Made by a program: the position numbers and the translations under genes | Notes under the pieces: generated by a model | What the model was told of the DNA's origin: nothing | The model's database searches: none | Seen by the model: the letters and a program-made list of their open reading frames with translations, nothing else | Shown here: piece after piece, positions 23,801 to 35,329 of the stretch | How positions within the stretch are numbered: position 1 is the stretch's first letter | Layout of the letters: each line of letters begins with the position of its first letter | Source of the DNA: Hyphochytrium catenoides | Taxonomy: Eukaryota; Protista; Hyphochytriomycota | Assembly: GCA_900088475.1 (NCBI GenBank) | Contig: FLMG01003259.1 | Location: forward strand, 1-41,852 | Direction of reading: 5' to 3' | DNA length: 41,852 nt

Positions 23801-26800
23801 TCTCTTCAAGTCGGTCTTCATTGTCACTCCCACCAGGGAGAGAAGATGATGGTAAGGTCGCTGAAGCAAACGTTGGACTTGGCATGGAGCTCGTGGGATC
23901 GCTCATATCCGCGCGGAGCAAGTCAAGCTCGTGCGTAAGCGAAGTAATGAGCTTCTGCTGGGCCTGCTCTCTCTCTTGTTGCTTCTGCTCCCTTTCTACC
24001 TCCCGCTCTTCAACTCTCCTGCTCTCTTCAAACTCTCTTTCCCTGCGTTCCTCTTCCTCCTGCTCCTTACGTTTGGCTTCTCTTTGATTTTTCTCTTCCT
24101 CTAATCTCGTGTTCTCAAGCTCTAATGTTCTTCTTCGCTCCTCCTCTTCTTCGTTCCTCTTTCGTTGGTGACAAATCTCGGCGTCCTTCTCCTCCAACTG
24201 TCGTTCTAAACTCTCTTTCAGGACTTTCATCCTTGAAAGATCGTCTTCCTTGTTCTTCATTGAGAGGGCAAAAGCCTTACAGCTCTTTTCCAGTCTACTC
24301 AATAGTTGCTTTTGCCCTAGTTCCGCTTCTTTTAGTAGGTGGCGCAGATGCTGTAGCTCCTTCTCCCGCTTGATTTGTTCTCTCTCTGTCTCTTCCTCTG
24401 CTATTCTTCTCTGCTCACTTTGTTCTTCAGCCTTCTGCTCGAGCTCTTCCTCACGTTGTCTTCGCCGCTGAATCTCTCTTGTTAGCTTCCGTTCCTTCTT
24501 CTCCTAGAAAAATAGAAGAGTTTTAGCATCCAAGTCATATTCACTAGAGGCCAACGGGTAATACGTATAAGGCGGATACAGTCCGACGTCATTTGTCTCT
24601 TCTCTCCTCCAATCCACGCTATTTCGGCCTTTGTGACGCTTTGCATCTCTTCTCTGGTCCTTGGGTAACTAACTCTCTTCTGGATTCGCTGCTGAAATGC
24701 ACCTGAGACATACCTGATCTTTCTCGCGTTTAGCTAAAAGGTCCCGAAGGTTGCTCAGGTCTTCGTCTATAGAGTCGTCGGCTGGTATTGAGAGTGATGC
24801 TTGCGTTTCGGTGGAGAGTAAAGGCCCCGATAGAGCCATATGTCTTCGAAGGTCCTCAGATTCTTTCTGAACAACGGTCAGCTCTCTTGTGCGCCCCTCA
24901 ATCTCTCTCCTCAAATGCTGCACCTCTCTCTCAATCCGGTCTGTCTGATCTCTCTCTTGTTTAGTTGATAGTTCGCGAAGGTTGTTCAGGTTCTCCTTCA
25001 CAGCTTCGTCGGCTAGTATTGAGAGTGATGCTTGAGCTTCAGTGGAGAGTAAAGGCCTCGAGAGAGTCCACCGTCTTCGAAGGTCCTCAGATTCTTTCTG
25101 CGCAACTGTTAGCTCCCTTGTGCGTCTCTCAATCTCTCTCCTCAAATGCTGCACCTCTCTTTCAATCCGTTCTGTCTGATCTCTCTCTTGTTTAGTTGAT
25201 AGTTCGCGAAGGTTGTGCAGCTCCTTCTCCACAGCTTCGTCGGCTGGTATTGAGAGTGATGCTTGCGCTTCAGTGGAGAGTAAAGGCCTCGAGAGAGTCC
25301 ACCGTCTTCGAAGGTCCTCAGATTCTTTCTGCGCAACTGTTAGCCCCCTTGTGCGTCCCTCAATCTCTCTCCTCAAATGCTGCACCTCTCTTTCAATCCG
25401 TTCTGTCTGATCTTTCTCTTGTTTAGTTGATAGTTCCCCAAGGTTGTCCAGGTCCTTCTCCACAGCTTCGTCGGTTGGTATTGAGAGTGAAGCTTGCGCA
25501 TGACTGGAGAGTAAAGGCCCCGAAAGAGTCCTTTGTCTTCGAAGGTCCCCAACTTCTTTCTGGGCGATTGTCAGCTCTCTTGTGCGTTTCTCAACCTCTC
25601 TGCTCAAGTGCTGCATCTCTTCTTCGACACGTTCTATCTGGTCCCTTTGTCTTCTAGCTAGTTCTCGAAGGTTGTGTAGCTCCTTCTCCACAATTTCGTC
25701 GTTTGATATTGTGAGTGATGCTTGCGCTTCAGTGAAAAGTAAAGGCCCAGGTGGAGCGATTGGTCCTCGAAGGTTCGCAACCTCCTTCTGGGTAACGGGT
25801 AGCTGCATCTCCGCTTGCGCTCGTTCTCTGACTAACTGCACCCCTGACGGACCTGACTGATTCCTTTTCTGAGAACCTCCAGCATCTCCTTCCATTTCCT
25901 CGGTGTTTAAATCAGGCCGTCCGGCGACCTTCTCTGCTTCTGATTCGTCTCCAGCTACGGGGCCCTCGTATATTGTTCTCTTGGTTTTAGTTTCTCGCTT
26001 GCCTGCTTCTTCTCCTGCGGCTCTCAGTTCTCTCCTCAATAGGTCCGTCAGTCTTTTGACCTCCCCCTCCAAGGCTTCTGCGTGAGCTTCCAGCGCTTGA
26101 GCCTCCTCCACACTGAGGCTGAGCGCAGTCTCAGTGGTCAAGAGAGCGGTACGGGCGGAGCTAACCTCCTTCTTCAGAGCTTCCCTATCTTTCTCACTTT
26201 GTCGGGCTAAAGAAAGAGAAGCTTCAAGCTCACTTAAGAGTCTCTGCTTCTCATCCTCCGCTTCTCGAAGTAAGGACACATAGGATGAATTTTCCACTTT
26301 GAGGCGATGGATCTCGTTCTCGATGAGTTGGGCATGTAAGGAGGCCGAAGAGAGATTCTGACGTAAGGTCTCCAGTTCTCTTTTGTGCTGCTCTCCTACC
26401 GCTAGAGCGGAAGACAGCTCAATCTCCAGGCTCTGGATCTTTCTATCGTTCTCATCTAGCGATGGATGTGGGACCGGCTTCTTCGGTAGTTCTCCTGTAG
26501 CCGTGTCAATCTCCTTTGACAAGTTTGATAGCGAAGATGGCGTTCTGGAGACTGACGCCTCTCTACCTACTCTTTCAATGCTGCCCGATCCTATGCTCTT
26601 TGATGAGACAGAGAGACCCTGCTGAGGTAGACTGCTGTCTCCATTCTTTTCTTTGTCGCTTCTGTCTTTCTCCGCCTTCAATTCACCCACTTTCTCTGCG
26701 AGGTCGCTATCTCTGCCTCGGAGTTCCAGGAGGCGCCTAAGAGCACGAAGCTCATTTGTCCAGATTTTCAGAAGCCTCTTGTGCTTATTCTCCACTTTGT

Positions 26801-29800
26801 TGAGCGTATCCAGACGATGCAAGAAGATCTGTTTCTCCTTCATCTCTGCAGCCGCTGGCTTAGTATTGTCTCCTTTTTCGGCTGTCTCTGTATGAACTCT
26901 TTCCCTTTCCAGTTGGTTAGCTTGAGTGCAGCCTTCTCTTCCTTTCGCTCTCGCTTCTTCGTTTTTCTGGTCCTCTGCCCCTATTACCTCCTGCACGAGG
27001 AGTTGTATGAGAGCTTCTACTCCTTCCCGGAGCTTTTGAGTCTGTTCTCTTACTTTCCGCACCTCTTCTTGCCCGGCGTTGTAGGACTCCTCTACTGAAG
27101 AGATTGTCTCCTTGAGCTCAAGCGCTATCTCAGGTTCACTTGCCTCCAGGAGAATGGCCGTGCTCTTCCTACTGAGTTCACCTATTTCCCCTTCGTGTTG
27201 CCGTAAGTCTTCAGCGACAAGAGACAGAGTGATCCCTCTTCTGTCGTCTCCTTGACTTTGTGCCTTCTCTTCTTCTACCGTCTGAAGCTGCGATCTTAGA
27301 GCTCTCACTTCTGCGTCGAGTCGCCGCAAAGTAGAGCTCAATCCTGCTACCACAGTCTCCAGAGCTCCCAAGAATCTCTTTTCCGCCTCTTGTTTCTCTT
27401 TGATATGCTCTGTCCTCGGCCTTCCTACGGCTATTCCCCCTTCGTGTGCGAGGACGAGAGAAGAGGAAGAAGAGAGCGCCATTTGCCTGTTGCTCAGTTC
27501 AGTCCGCAGCAAGTGGACCTCCTCGTCCTGATCCCTTAGCCTTTTTATGAGGTTTCCTTGTTGTTTCTGCAAGCGAGTGATCTCAAGCTCCTTCTGTTCC
27601 AGCAGGGAAGAGGTCAGCCGCGTCGAATGCCGTGCACGCTGTAATCTCTCGCATTCCTTCTGCAAAACCAAGAGCTCCTCTTTTTGTTCGTTCTCAATAC
27701 TCCGGAGGCGGAAGACCTCCCCACTTAGCTTCTTGATGGACAGATCCAGTGAGAGATTGAGAGTCTCAAGCTCCCTCTCTCTCTCCTGGCTCTCCAGTTC
27801 TCTTTGGTCATATTGGTGTTGAAGAATACTGAGCCTATCTCCCTGAAGCTTCATAGTTTGCAAGTCAACATCACCACTGTTAGTCTCCTGAGACCGTTCT
27901 ACCTTTCTGCCTCTTAGCTCAACCTCCAATTCTTTCTCTCTCCGCAAGTACTCATTCTCTTTTATCTCCCAGGCCTTTTTATCTCTCCTCATAGCCTGAA
28001 GCTCGTTAGTGAGGCGAAGTAGGGAAGCTCGGTAGGACTGCAATTGATCTCGAACTTCCTCCTTATCTTGACCTTCTGCAAACTCTTCTTCCTCTCTCAA
28101 CACTCTCTCTTCTAGCCCACTTTCCATTGCGTTTCGCTTGATTGGAAAAGTGGCACGACCAGTTCGGACGCCGGAAGAGGAGATGCCTGAGGAACGTTCC
28201 AATTCCGTGGAGACTGGGTAATCCTCTGTCATTTGGCCTATAGCTCTGCCAACAGCCTGGGCATGACCATGAGAACGAAGGATGGGCGAGAGTCGTGAGA
28301 TGTAGAGAGGGCCATCCTCTCCAATTGTCGCTGACAGGTGATCCCGAGTCTCGGCCTTGCAATGTAAACGGGACAGCTCAGCTTCCAAGTTCTTGATAGA
28401 GGCAAGCAGCAAAGCATTCTCTTTCCTTAGTTCTTTCTCTACCTTTCGATGCCGTTCTTCCTCCTTTCTCATCTCTTCTCTTGCTGCGTTCTCGCGGCGT
28501 CTCTTCCCTCTATCTTTCTCTTGTTTTTCTTTGAGAAATGAAGACAGATCCCTGCAGAGCCGCTCAGCTTCAACCCTGAGGTCCACGGTAAGGTCACCAG
28601 CTTGTATCTCCCTTCCTTCAGCGATGGTGTCATAACCCGTCTCTGTGGACGGGGATAAAGACGAAACTGAAGTGTGGAACGGTTGGGACGGAAGCGTGCC
28701 TTCTGCCTCTTCAGCCTCAGAAGACAAAAGGAGAGAAAGCAGAGTTCCCAGGTGCCGCAAGGAAAAGCCTATCTGTTCGATCTCTCCCCTTAATCTCACA
28801 GCTTCATCTGCCTCCTCGAGAGCGATAAAAGCTGGCGTTAGAGGCTCTGGTCCCTGCTTCACTGGTTGCCGTTGGGAAGAAGCTTGTTGGTCTTTCTCCT
28901 TTTCACCGCGAGAGAGTGCCACTTCGGCGTCGCGAAGCTTCTTTGATTTCTCTGAAAGCTCTGCACTTAGAGCAGTCAGCTCCTCTTCCAGAGCTCTCCT
29001 TCGTTTAACTTCCTCGTGGTAACTTAAATCTAGCTGCACTTGGACAGCCTTCTCAACGTGGCCGCCGCTTTCCGTCTTCCTAGCCATTTCCACTCTTTGC
29101 AGTTCTTCTTTGACGCAATCCAACTCTTGAATCTTCTTTGTGAGCATGTCCTCAAGTCCCTCCATCTTCTCTTTTCTTAGCGCTATGTCCTTCGCCCTTC
29201 CTCTCTCCACTTCCAAGTCAGCTTCGAGCGCTCTGATATGAGTACGCAAAGAGCTGATGTCATGGGACAGACTGTCACACTCTTTCTCTCTCTCTAGAAG
29301 TAGCTGGCGAATCTGCAAGGTAGAAGCCTTTCGCTCTTCGCCTTCCATTCCTCCTCCACTTTCTCTCTCTTCTTGCTCTTGCGACCTCTTCCTATCTACT
29401 TCTGCTTGCAAGGTTGACAGCTGGAGTTGGAGGTCCTTGATCTGTGCCGCTTGTGCTGCCACGAGACCGCCATGCTGGGTCTGCTTACTTGCCTCTGCAT
29501 TGGCAGTAGCACTTGACGCTCTATGACAAGTGCAAGACAGTAAGCAGCGTTCTAACTGGATCACAAGCTCCCTAGCTGAAGTGAGTGACTTCGCTGCTGC
29601 AGCCACCTCTGTCGGTCCCAAAAAGGTTTGCAATAGCTTTTTCTCATTGCTCTCCCCTTCCGATTGAATTAGATCGCTTCCTCCCTCCTGCGCGGCAAGC
29701 TTCCGTGGCTGAGCACGAGTTAAAGGCAGTCTTAGACTATCCAGCAAGGTTATCACTCTCTCTGCCATTCCGGCGGGAGAGGCAGGAGAGGCTTCCTGCA

Positions 29801-31399
29801 TAGCAGTTTAAGTCAGCCCTCGTCAGGCAAAATTAGTGCTTGGGACACGGACGAGGTGAATTAAGGAACGGTCTAGTCTGTGGAATGCCTTAAAGAAGAG
29901 CCAATGTACCGAACGTGGTAAGTCCCGTTACACAGGATACGGCAGGAAACAAGGGCACATACATATATAAAGTAGGTAGAGATAGCATCACTTTATGTGT
30001 GCGTGTGAAAGAGAGAGACAGTGTATGATATCTCATTCACCTCGGCATTCTGGAAGGCAGGAGGTTCTGCTTGCGTCTGAGGTGGCGTATCAGCCTAGAA
30101 GGAGGATAAGCGTGAGAAATGATTATATCGAATTTAATGCAATGAGGGTTTATATAAGGAACACCAAGGCTGAGGCCAAAATAGCTCCGATGAGCGTAGA
30201 GTACGCTAGTGGTGAGCCAGCAGAAAGGCATCCTCAGGATAAAGATAAGGGCGAAAGGACCAAAGACCGAGCTTAAGAGGGAGCGCAGCTGAACAGGCAT
30301 CGGGAGCCAATGATGAAAAGGACGAGAAAAGGGGCCAAAACAACCTTCTGTCTGCCGTCGAGCCTGCTCTCCAGTAAGAGAATGTACTGCAAATGAGTTT
30401 CGCTCTCAGCCCTCAGGAGCTGATTGCCTGCCTCAAGTCGCTTGATCTCACTCTGCAGACATTGAACCTCTGCCTCAAGGCGTAGCTCACGACGGATTTG
30501 CCTAGAGTCTAATAAGATAAGAGTCAGAACGCCAGATGTTTGGCTTGTGCCGTTAGAGAGCGACCAAAGTCAATTAGCACCTAGATCAGCTCGATAGCTT
30601 GCGACCAGCTTCTGCTTTATCAGTTCTCTCTCTGTGCTTAACTGATTGTCTGAAAGCTGCTGAAGATCTATCTTCCTCTTGCACAGTGCAGCGATCTAAA
30701 GAGGAGAAAGAGTCTTAGTAGACACGGGTACTGTTTATTCATGAACCGGAAAAGAAGAAGGTAGAGTCAACGAGCTCAGGCGGAGCCATATGACGGGGAG
30801 ACTCTTGCATCTTGAAAGATAGAGACGAGCTTCACTACCATTCTTAATTACCCCGTCTCTGTCCTTTCGTAGCTGCCCGAACTGTCGGGAAAGATCCTGA
30901 AACTTCTCATTGGCATCATCCAAGCATCTTTTGCCTCTCGTCACGTTAACGTTGAATAGTGAGGTGACGAGATCTTGAACCAGCAGCTCTGCCGGCAGGT
31001 CCACTTTAGCCAGGTCATCCTCATCGTCTTCCGGCTGCGCTTCTTCCTGGAGTCCACGCATTTTGGATGAAGTATAGAGAAAGCCCAAAGGGACAGGAAT
31101 AAGCGACAAAAGAGGAAAAGGTGATCAGGTCCTAGTTGTTGGTCTACCTGCAGCCGTCGGATTCGGGTGCGTATGATATCAAGGACTCGCTGATCCAGCG
31201 AGCCGCCATCCGCGGCACGGAATAGATCAGTCCCCAGACTGTTGCTCCTATTCCTCAGTACGTATTTCTCAAGGTATCGGAATATCTGTAAGAGCACAGC
31301 CTCAATGGCATCCTTGGACTCAGGCTCGGCACCAAGGTCCAGGAGCTCCTCGTCCATCATCACCCTGGCTTGGCGAGGATGATCCGAGTCATTCGTCAT
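17834..31399 (-). CDS. Giant (~3,550 aa) coiled-coil protein, about 18 exons
   Basis: ORFs 31399-31148, 29795-24714 (1694 codons), 24503-21537 (989 codons) and smaller exons join through phase-compatible GT-AG introns to a TAG at 17834. One intron contains an N gap (21156-21165), and the small 3' exons are less certain. Confidence 0.7.
24714..25790 (-). repeat. Coding tandem repeat, 231-bp (77-aa) unit, about 4.7 copies
   Basis: Repeated QKESEDLRRRWTLSRPLLSTEAQASLSIPADEAVEKELHNLRELSTKQERDQTERIEREVQHLRREIE.RTRELTVA. Antisense shadow ORFs start at 24965, 25196 and 25427, confirming the 231-bp period. Confidence 0.95.
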
Positions 31400-32382
31400 G
31401 TCTAGAGATCTGTGGGCTTACGGGAGTCTACTCGTCCCTTACGTCGGCCTACATCGTTCGTGACACGCGTTTATGTATGGAGTTCTTTCTACGACCGCGT
31501 CTTTTCGCAACTACCAGCTCGCACATGACTTCCTTTCAACGAATCCAGCAGCGCAGCAGGATGTAGGATCTCACGGTCCCAGCACCATTAGCACAGCTAG
31601 GACTGAATAACTCTACAGATGGTGATACATGGGATTAGACTGCCCAGGAGCCTCTGCCTTTGCCTGTCAGCGATCTCCGTCAGCAGCTTTCTGCTGCTTA
31701 TTTCTGCTGCGAAGCTTCTTCTCTGCCGTCTCACAAGGTCGAAGGAAGCTGCCGCTGATGTCCCGTTCATGTCTACCCCCTTCCCTCCAAAAACCACCCT
31801 TTTCTGACAAGGCTGATTACTATAAAAACAGTCCAAGAGATCAGACTGTTTAGTTATCAGCTCTAAATTTTTTTATGAAGCTCCTGGAGGGATACTGGAA
31901 GGTATAACTGCATCAATAAACTGTGAAGAGAGAATGACGGCAAGACAGCAAGGCAGATATAAGGCAAGAAAGTCACAGCTGGCCGACCTGATGCTTCCAG
32001 CTGGACCACCGACCTAGGTCTGACTACTAGTCAATCCCTTGGCAGCGTCGACTCACTCTTGCACCAGTCCACATTTTCCTCTCTCCCGCTACCTGGAGGA
32101 CCTCAAGATGTTGAGCAGCTCTCGTATAGCGCACTGTAACAGGTACTAGGAGGCTGTGCCGAAGCGCTGCATTGGGGTGTCCCTAATTAGAGTGTATAAT
32201 TCGTGAGAGCGGAACTAGAGTTGGCTCAGCAGCGGCAGAACTGGCGGTTCACGCAAAGGACCAGCTAGTATTGGACATTTCATACGAAGCTTGTCAGTGG
32301 GTAAGCTCGCTAAGCCTCACCCCAGAGCGAAGTGGGACCACCTTCTGAAGCCGAGAGGCTATAGTCAATTCCGGCTCCCATA

Positions 32383-32619
32383 ATGGGGACGAACAATAGG
32401 CCATGGGAGCAGAAGACTCCCGAGACCGTGGAACAGCCTCGTAGAGGAGTAAACTGGGGAATGATGGTGCCAATCGCCTATGCTCCACTTCTTCCAATGA
32501 TCAGGATAGGACTGCGCGGACGTCTTCCTCGCAAGCAGATTGATGCGATTTTCCTCTCCACAGTAGGGGTGGCTTTAGTGCATGCAGGATACATTATGTC
32601 CCACGACTCCTCTGTGTGA
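32383..32619 (+). CDS. Small 78-aa membrane-associated protein of unknown function
   Basis: Clean ATG-TGA ORF with two hydrophobic segments (NWGMMVPIAYAPLLPMIRIGLR; IFLSTVGVALVHAGYIM). The YAP.LP.IR motif resembles small uncharacterised plant/protist proteins (from recollection). Confidence 0.7.
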   Translation: MGTNNRPWEQKTPETVEQPRRGVNWGMMVPIAYAPLLPMIRIGLRGRLPRKQIDAIFLSTVGVALVHAGYIMSHDSSV

Positions 32620-32863
32620 ACCAGAGAGTACTCTTATATTTTGTCAACAAGTGTGCAGAAACAACGGTCAAGAGCAGTGCAAGGAATGGTCAGGGACCAT
32701 GACGTCAAAGGATAGCCAAGTGGTGTACGTTTTCACCAACCCACTGGCTCTGGCACCTCCAACCATATCTCTGGGATGACGCCTCAATGCGATAGCATGC
32801 CTAAAGCCACTAACTAGGTTCTGCGGCAAGTGTATATAGTAATAATCGAACTATTTCTAGAGC

Positions 32864-34404
32864 CTAGAGCAGCCTACTCTTTGTCAGACGCTGGAGCTTT
32901 CGGTTTCCCCAATATGCGACACCACAAAGAGCAAAGAAGAAGAGGCTGAAAGCCCAGATCCAGCCGCCACCCTTCTTGGCTTCTTGGGCGGATACCTCCA
33001 ATTGGCCACCTATGTAGTGTGCCGTCTCGCTAACCTTCTCTTGAACATGCTGCTCGGCCTTTTTCTTGAGCGCCGCCTCTAATTCCGCGGTTCTCTTCTC
33101 CAGCTCTGCCTCGGTTTTGGCGAGCTCATCAAAAGATTGCTGGTTGTAATCCTTCAAGGCTGAGAAACATGTCTGTTAGTTCGCGCCGTAGGTCTTCAAG
33201 GGTCGTTTGGACTTACTAGTGATAGTGTGTTCCATGTCCTCTTTGAACCTCTCTAGCTTCTTCATGAACGACATAAGTTCTCCCGTGAATGTTTTGTCAT
33301 AAGTTGCAGGGTCATCTTATGCGACAACAGAAAAACGGGTTAGTGGCGCAAACTGTAACGCGCTTAGACTTTGTTCCAACTTACCACCAAGGATGGAGAC
33401 ATAGGCGTCATGAACCTCATGAGAAGCATCATCTGCCTCACTAAGGGGAGGCAAGGGTGGTTAGCACATACATTTAGAGCATTGACGAAGGACCTTACGT
33501 GAATGCATCCAAGCTCAGGATATCGTGGTTGTCTGCCAGGGCTCCGGTCTGAGCTGAAATGCCAATACTAGCTCCCTTAGGCCATTCTGGACCCAAGTCC
33601 ACGTTTTCTTGCTCAAAGCAAGACTGCCATTGACCTTTAGCAGTGGCGTCAATGTCAATCTTCAGCTTCTTATTCTTGTAAGAGATCCGTGCACGAGTGT
33701 GGTTCAAGGTAGAAAAAGTGCCAACGTCCTCATGAAAGCGGATAGGCGAATCGCAACCGATGGCAGGTTCTTCATGGATGTCGTCCAGAGTCTTGTTATT
33801 ATGGTTGAAAAGGACAGCCACGTCTTTGTGGCCTCCGACATGGTCGACATTATGAAATGTGTCAAAGATAATACCGACGCCTAGGCAAACGCATTATAAG
33901 CTGCTCTAAACTGTTAGATCAAAGAGGACTAAAGAGCTTGCTCCTTACCCTGGAATTTTGGTGTAAAGCCATGAAGCTCGCCACTCAGAAAGTAGCGATG
34001 GAGAGTGATGAATAGCCCAATGCCGTCTCCGAACCACCTCTTCCCTTGCCCACTAATACGGAAGCGGAAAATTATGGAAAATTCATCGCGATTAATGCGC
34101 TCGCTATTCCACAGATAACCTTTCTTATCCTGAGGTATTATCACAAGTAGCTCAGCACAGAGAAGCCAAAGCGGACAACCAACAAGAGTTTACGAGCACG
34201 TACCGGACGATCAGGCGTCAAGCGAATGAACGTTCTCTTGACCACAGCATGGCCACCAGGTACCCATCCCTGTCCAACGACCCTGTTCCCGTAACCATCA
34301 ATCTCTTCAAAAGGTTGGCGGAACGAGAGGCTGGGAATATGGACTCCCATGACCGACCCAATAATGGCAGCCAGCAGCAGTACGCCTACAGCCTGCCGCA
34401 TCAT
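32864..34404 (-). CDS. L-type lectin cargo receptor (ERGIC-53/VIP36, LMAN family), 6 exons
   Basis: Signal peptide, SF..PF, IRLTPD, FRISGQGKRWFGDGIGLF, GVGIIFDTF, GISAQTGALADNHDILS, coiled stalk, TM helix (WIWAFSLFFFALCGVAYW) and a short basic tail ending KSRLL. Confidence 0.92.
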
Positions 34405-35329
34405 TGTCCCGATAGCGCGCAATGCCTAGTCCACTCTCCAGACTTGGTTGGACTTTCAAGCGCACCAACCACTTTCCCTATAAGGCAAGAAACTTCGAAT
34501 GCCAAGAAAGCTCAATGTGCCTCCAGACACTGATCAGTAAGCCTGGAGTACAAGCGTATCTCAGATCAGAAACCCAGCTCATTGGCAGCTCTAGGAACTA
34601 CTGTGTAGAATCATTGCGCTCCATAATTCAGAGAGCAAGAAGGCCAGAACGCAATAAAAGAGAGCAGAACTTTGAACCTTTCCCTTGATAACTTCATTAT
34701 GCGCTACAAAGCCTATACGATTACTCAACCATCGATTGCTTCAGCTATTGATAATTTCATGACAATTCTGAAAGGTTCATGGAGTGGTCTAGATGCTGAA
34801 CATGTATAACATTGATCAGGAATAATCCTTCGAGGCTTGCGAAATACAGCGTTCATCTTTCTCTTCCCCTTTTGATGGCTGACCAATGACGGGCGTCTGC
34901 TATTATTATAATCTCTTTTCTTCCCTTTTGTTATGAGAGACAGTGAGGCCAAACGAAGGCGCTCAGCAGCTTGCTGTTCTCACCTCCGTTAATCGCTGGG
35001 ATAGGGGAGCACCATCTACGCTATTGTGTATGATGGGCTCGAGAGCCTGAGGAGAGTACAGTCCATACAATGAGCTACTTCAGATTATTGTCGTTTATAG
35101 ATGTAGTCAACCATCAATGACGGCCAACCAACGTGTTGAAGAAAAATTAGGAGCGAATTCTAACAACTTGAACAAATGTTATATGCCGGTTACTTCTCAG
35201 AAACAGTGTCTGCGAATTGCTTCATCGCATCCCTTCCAACTTGACTGCCACATGGCCAGACTCTGCTCCCGAAACCTCTTTATTGTTGCTGCATCCTCGA
35301 CACTAAATGACCCCGCTCTGTCCGCTAGT

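Noticed and set aside
24965-25657. Three similar 76-aa plus-strand ORFs (CRISPR- or toxin-array-like)
   Set aside because: They are antisense shadows of the 231-bp coding repeat, with no unique spacers.
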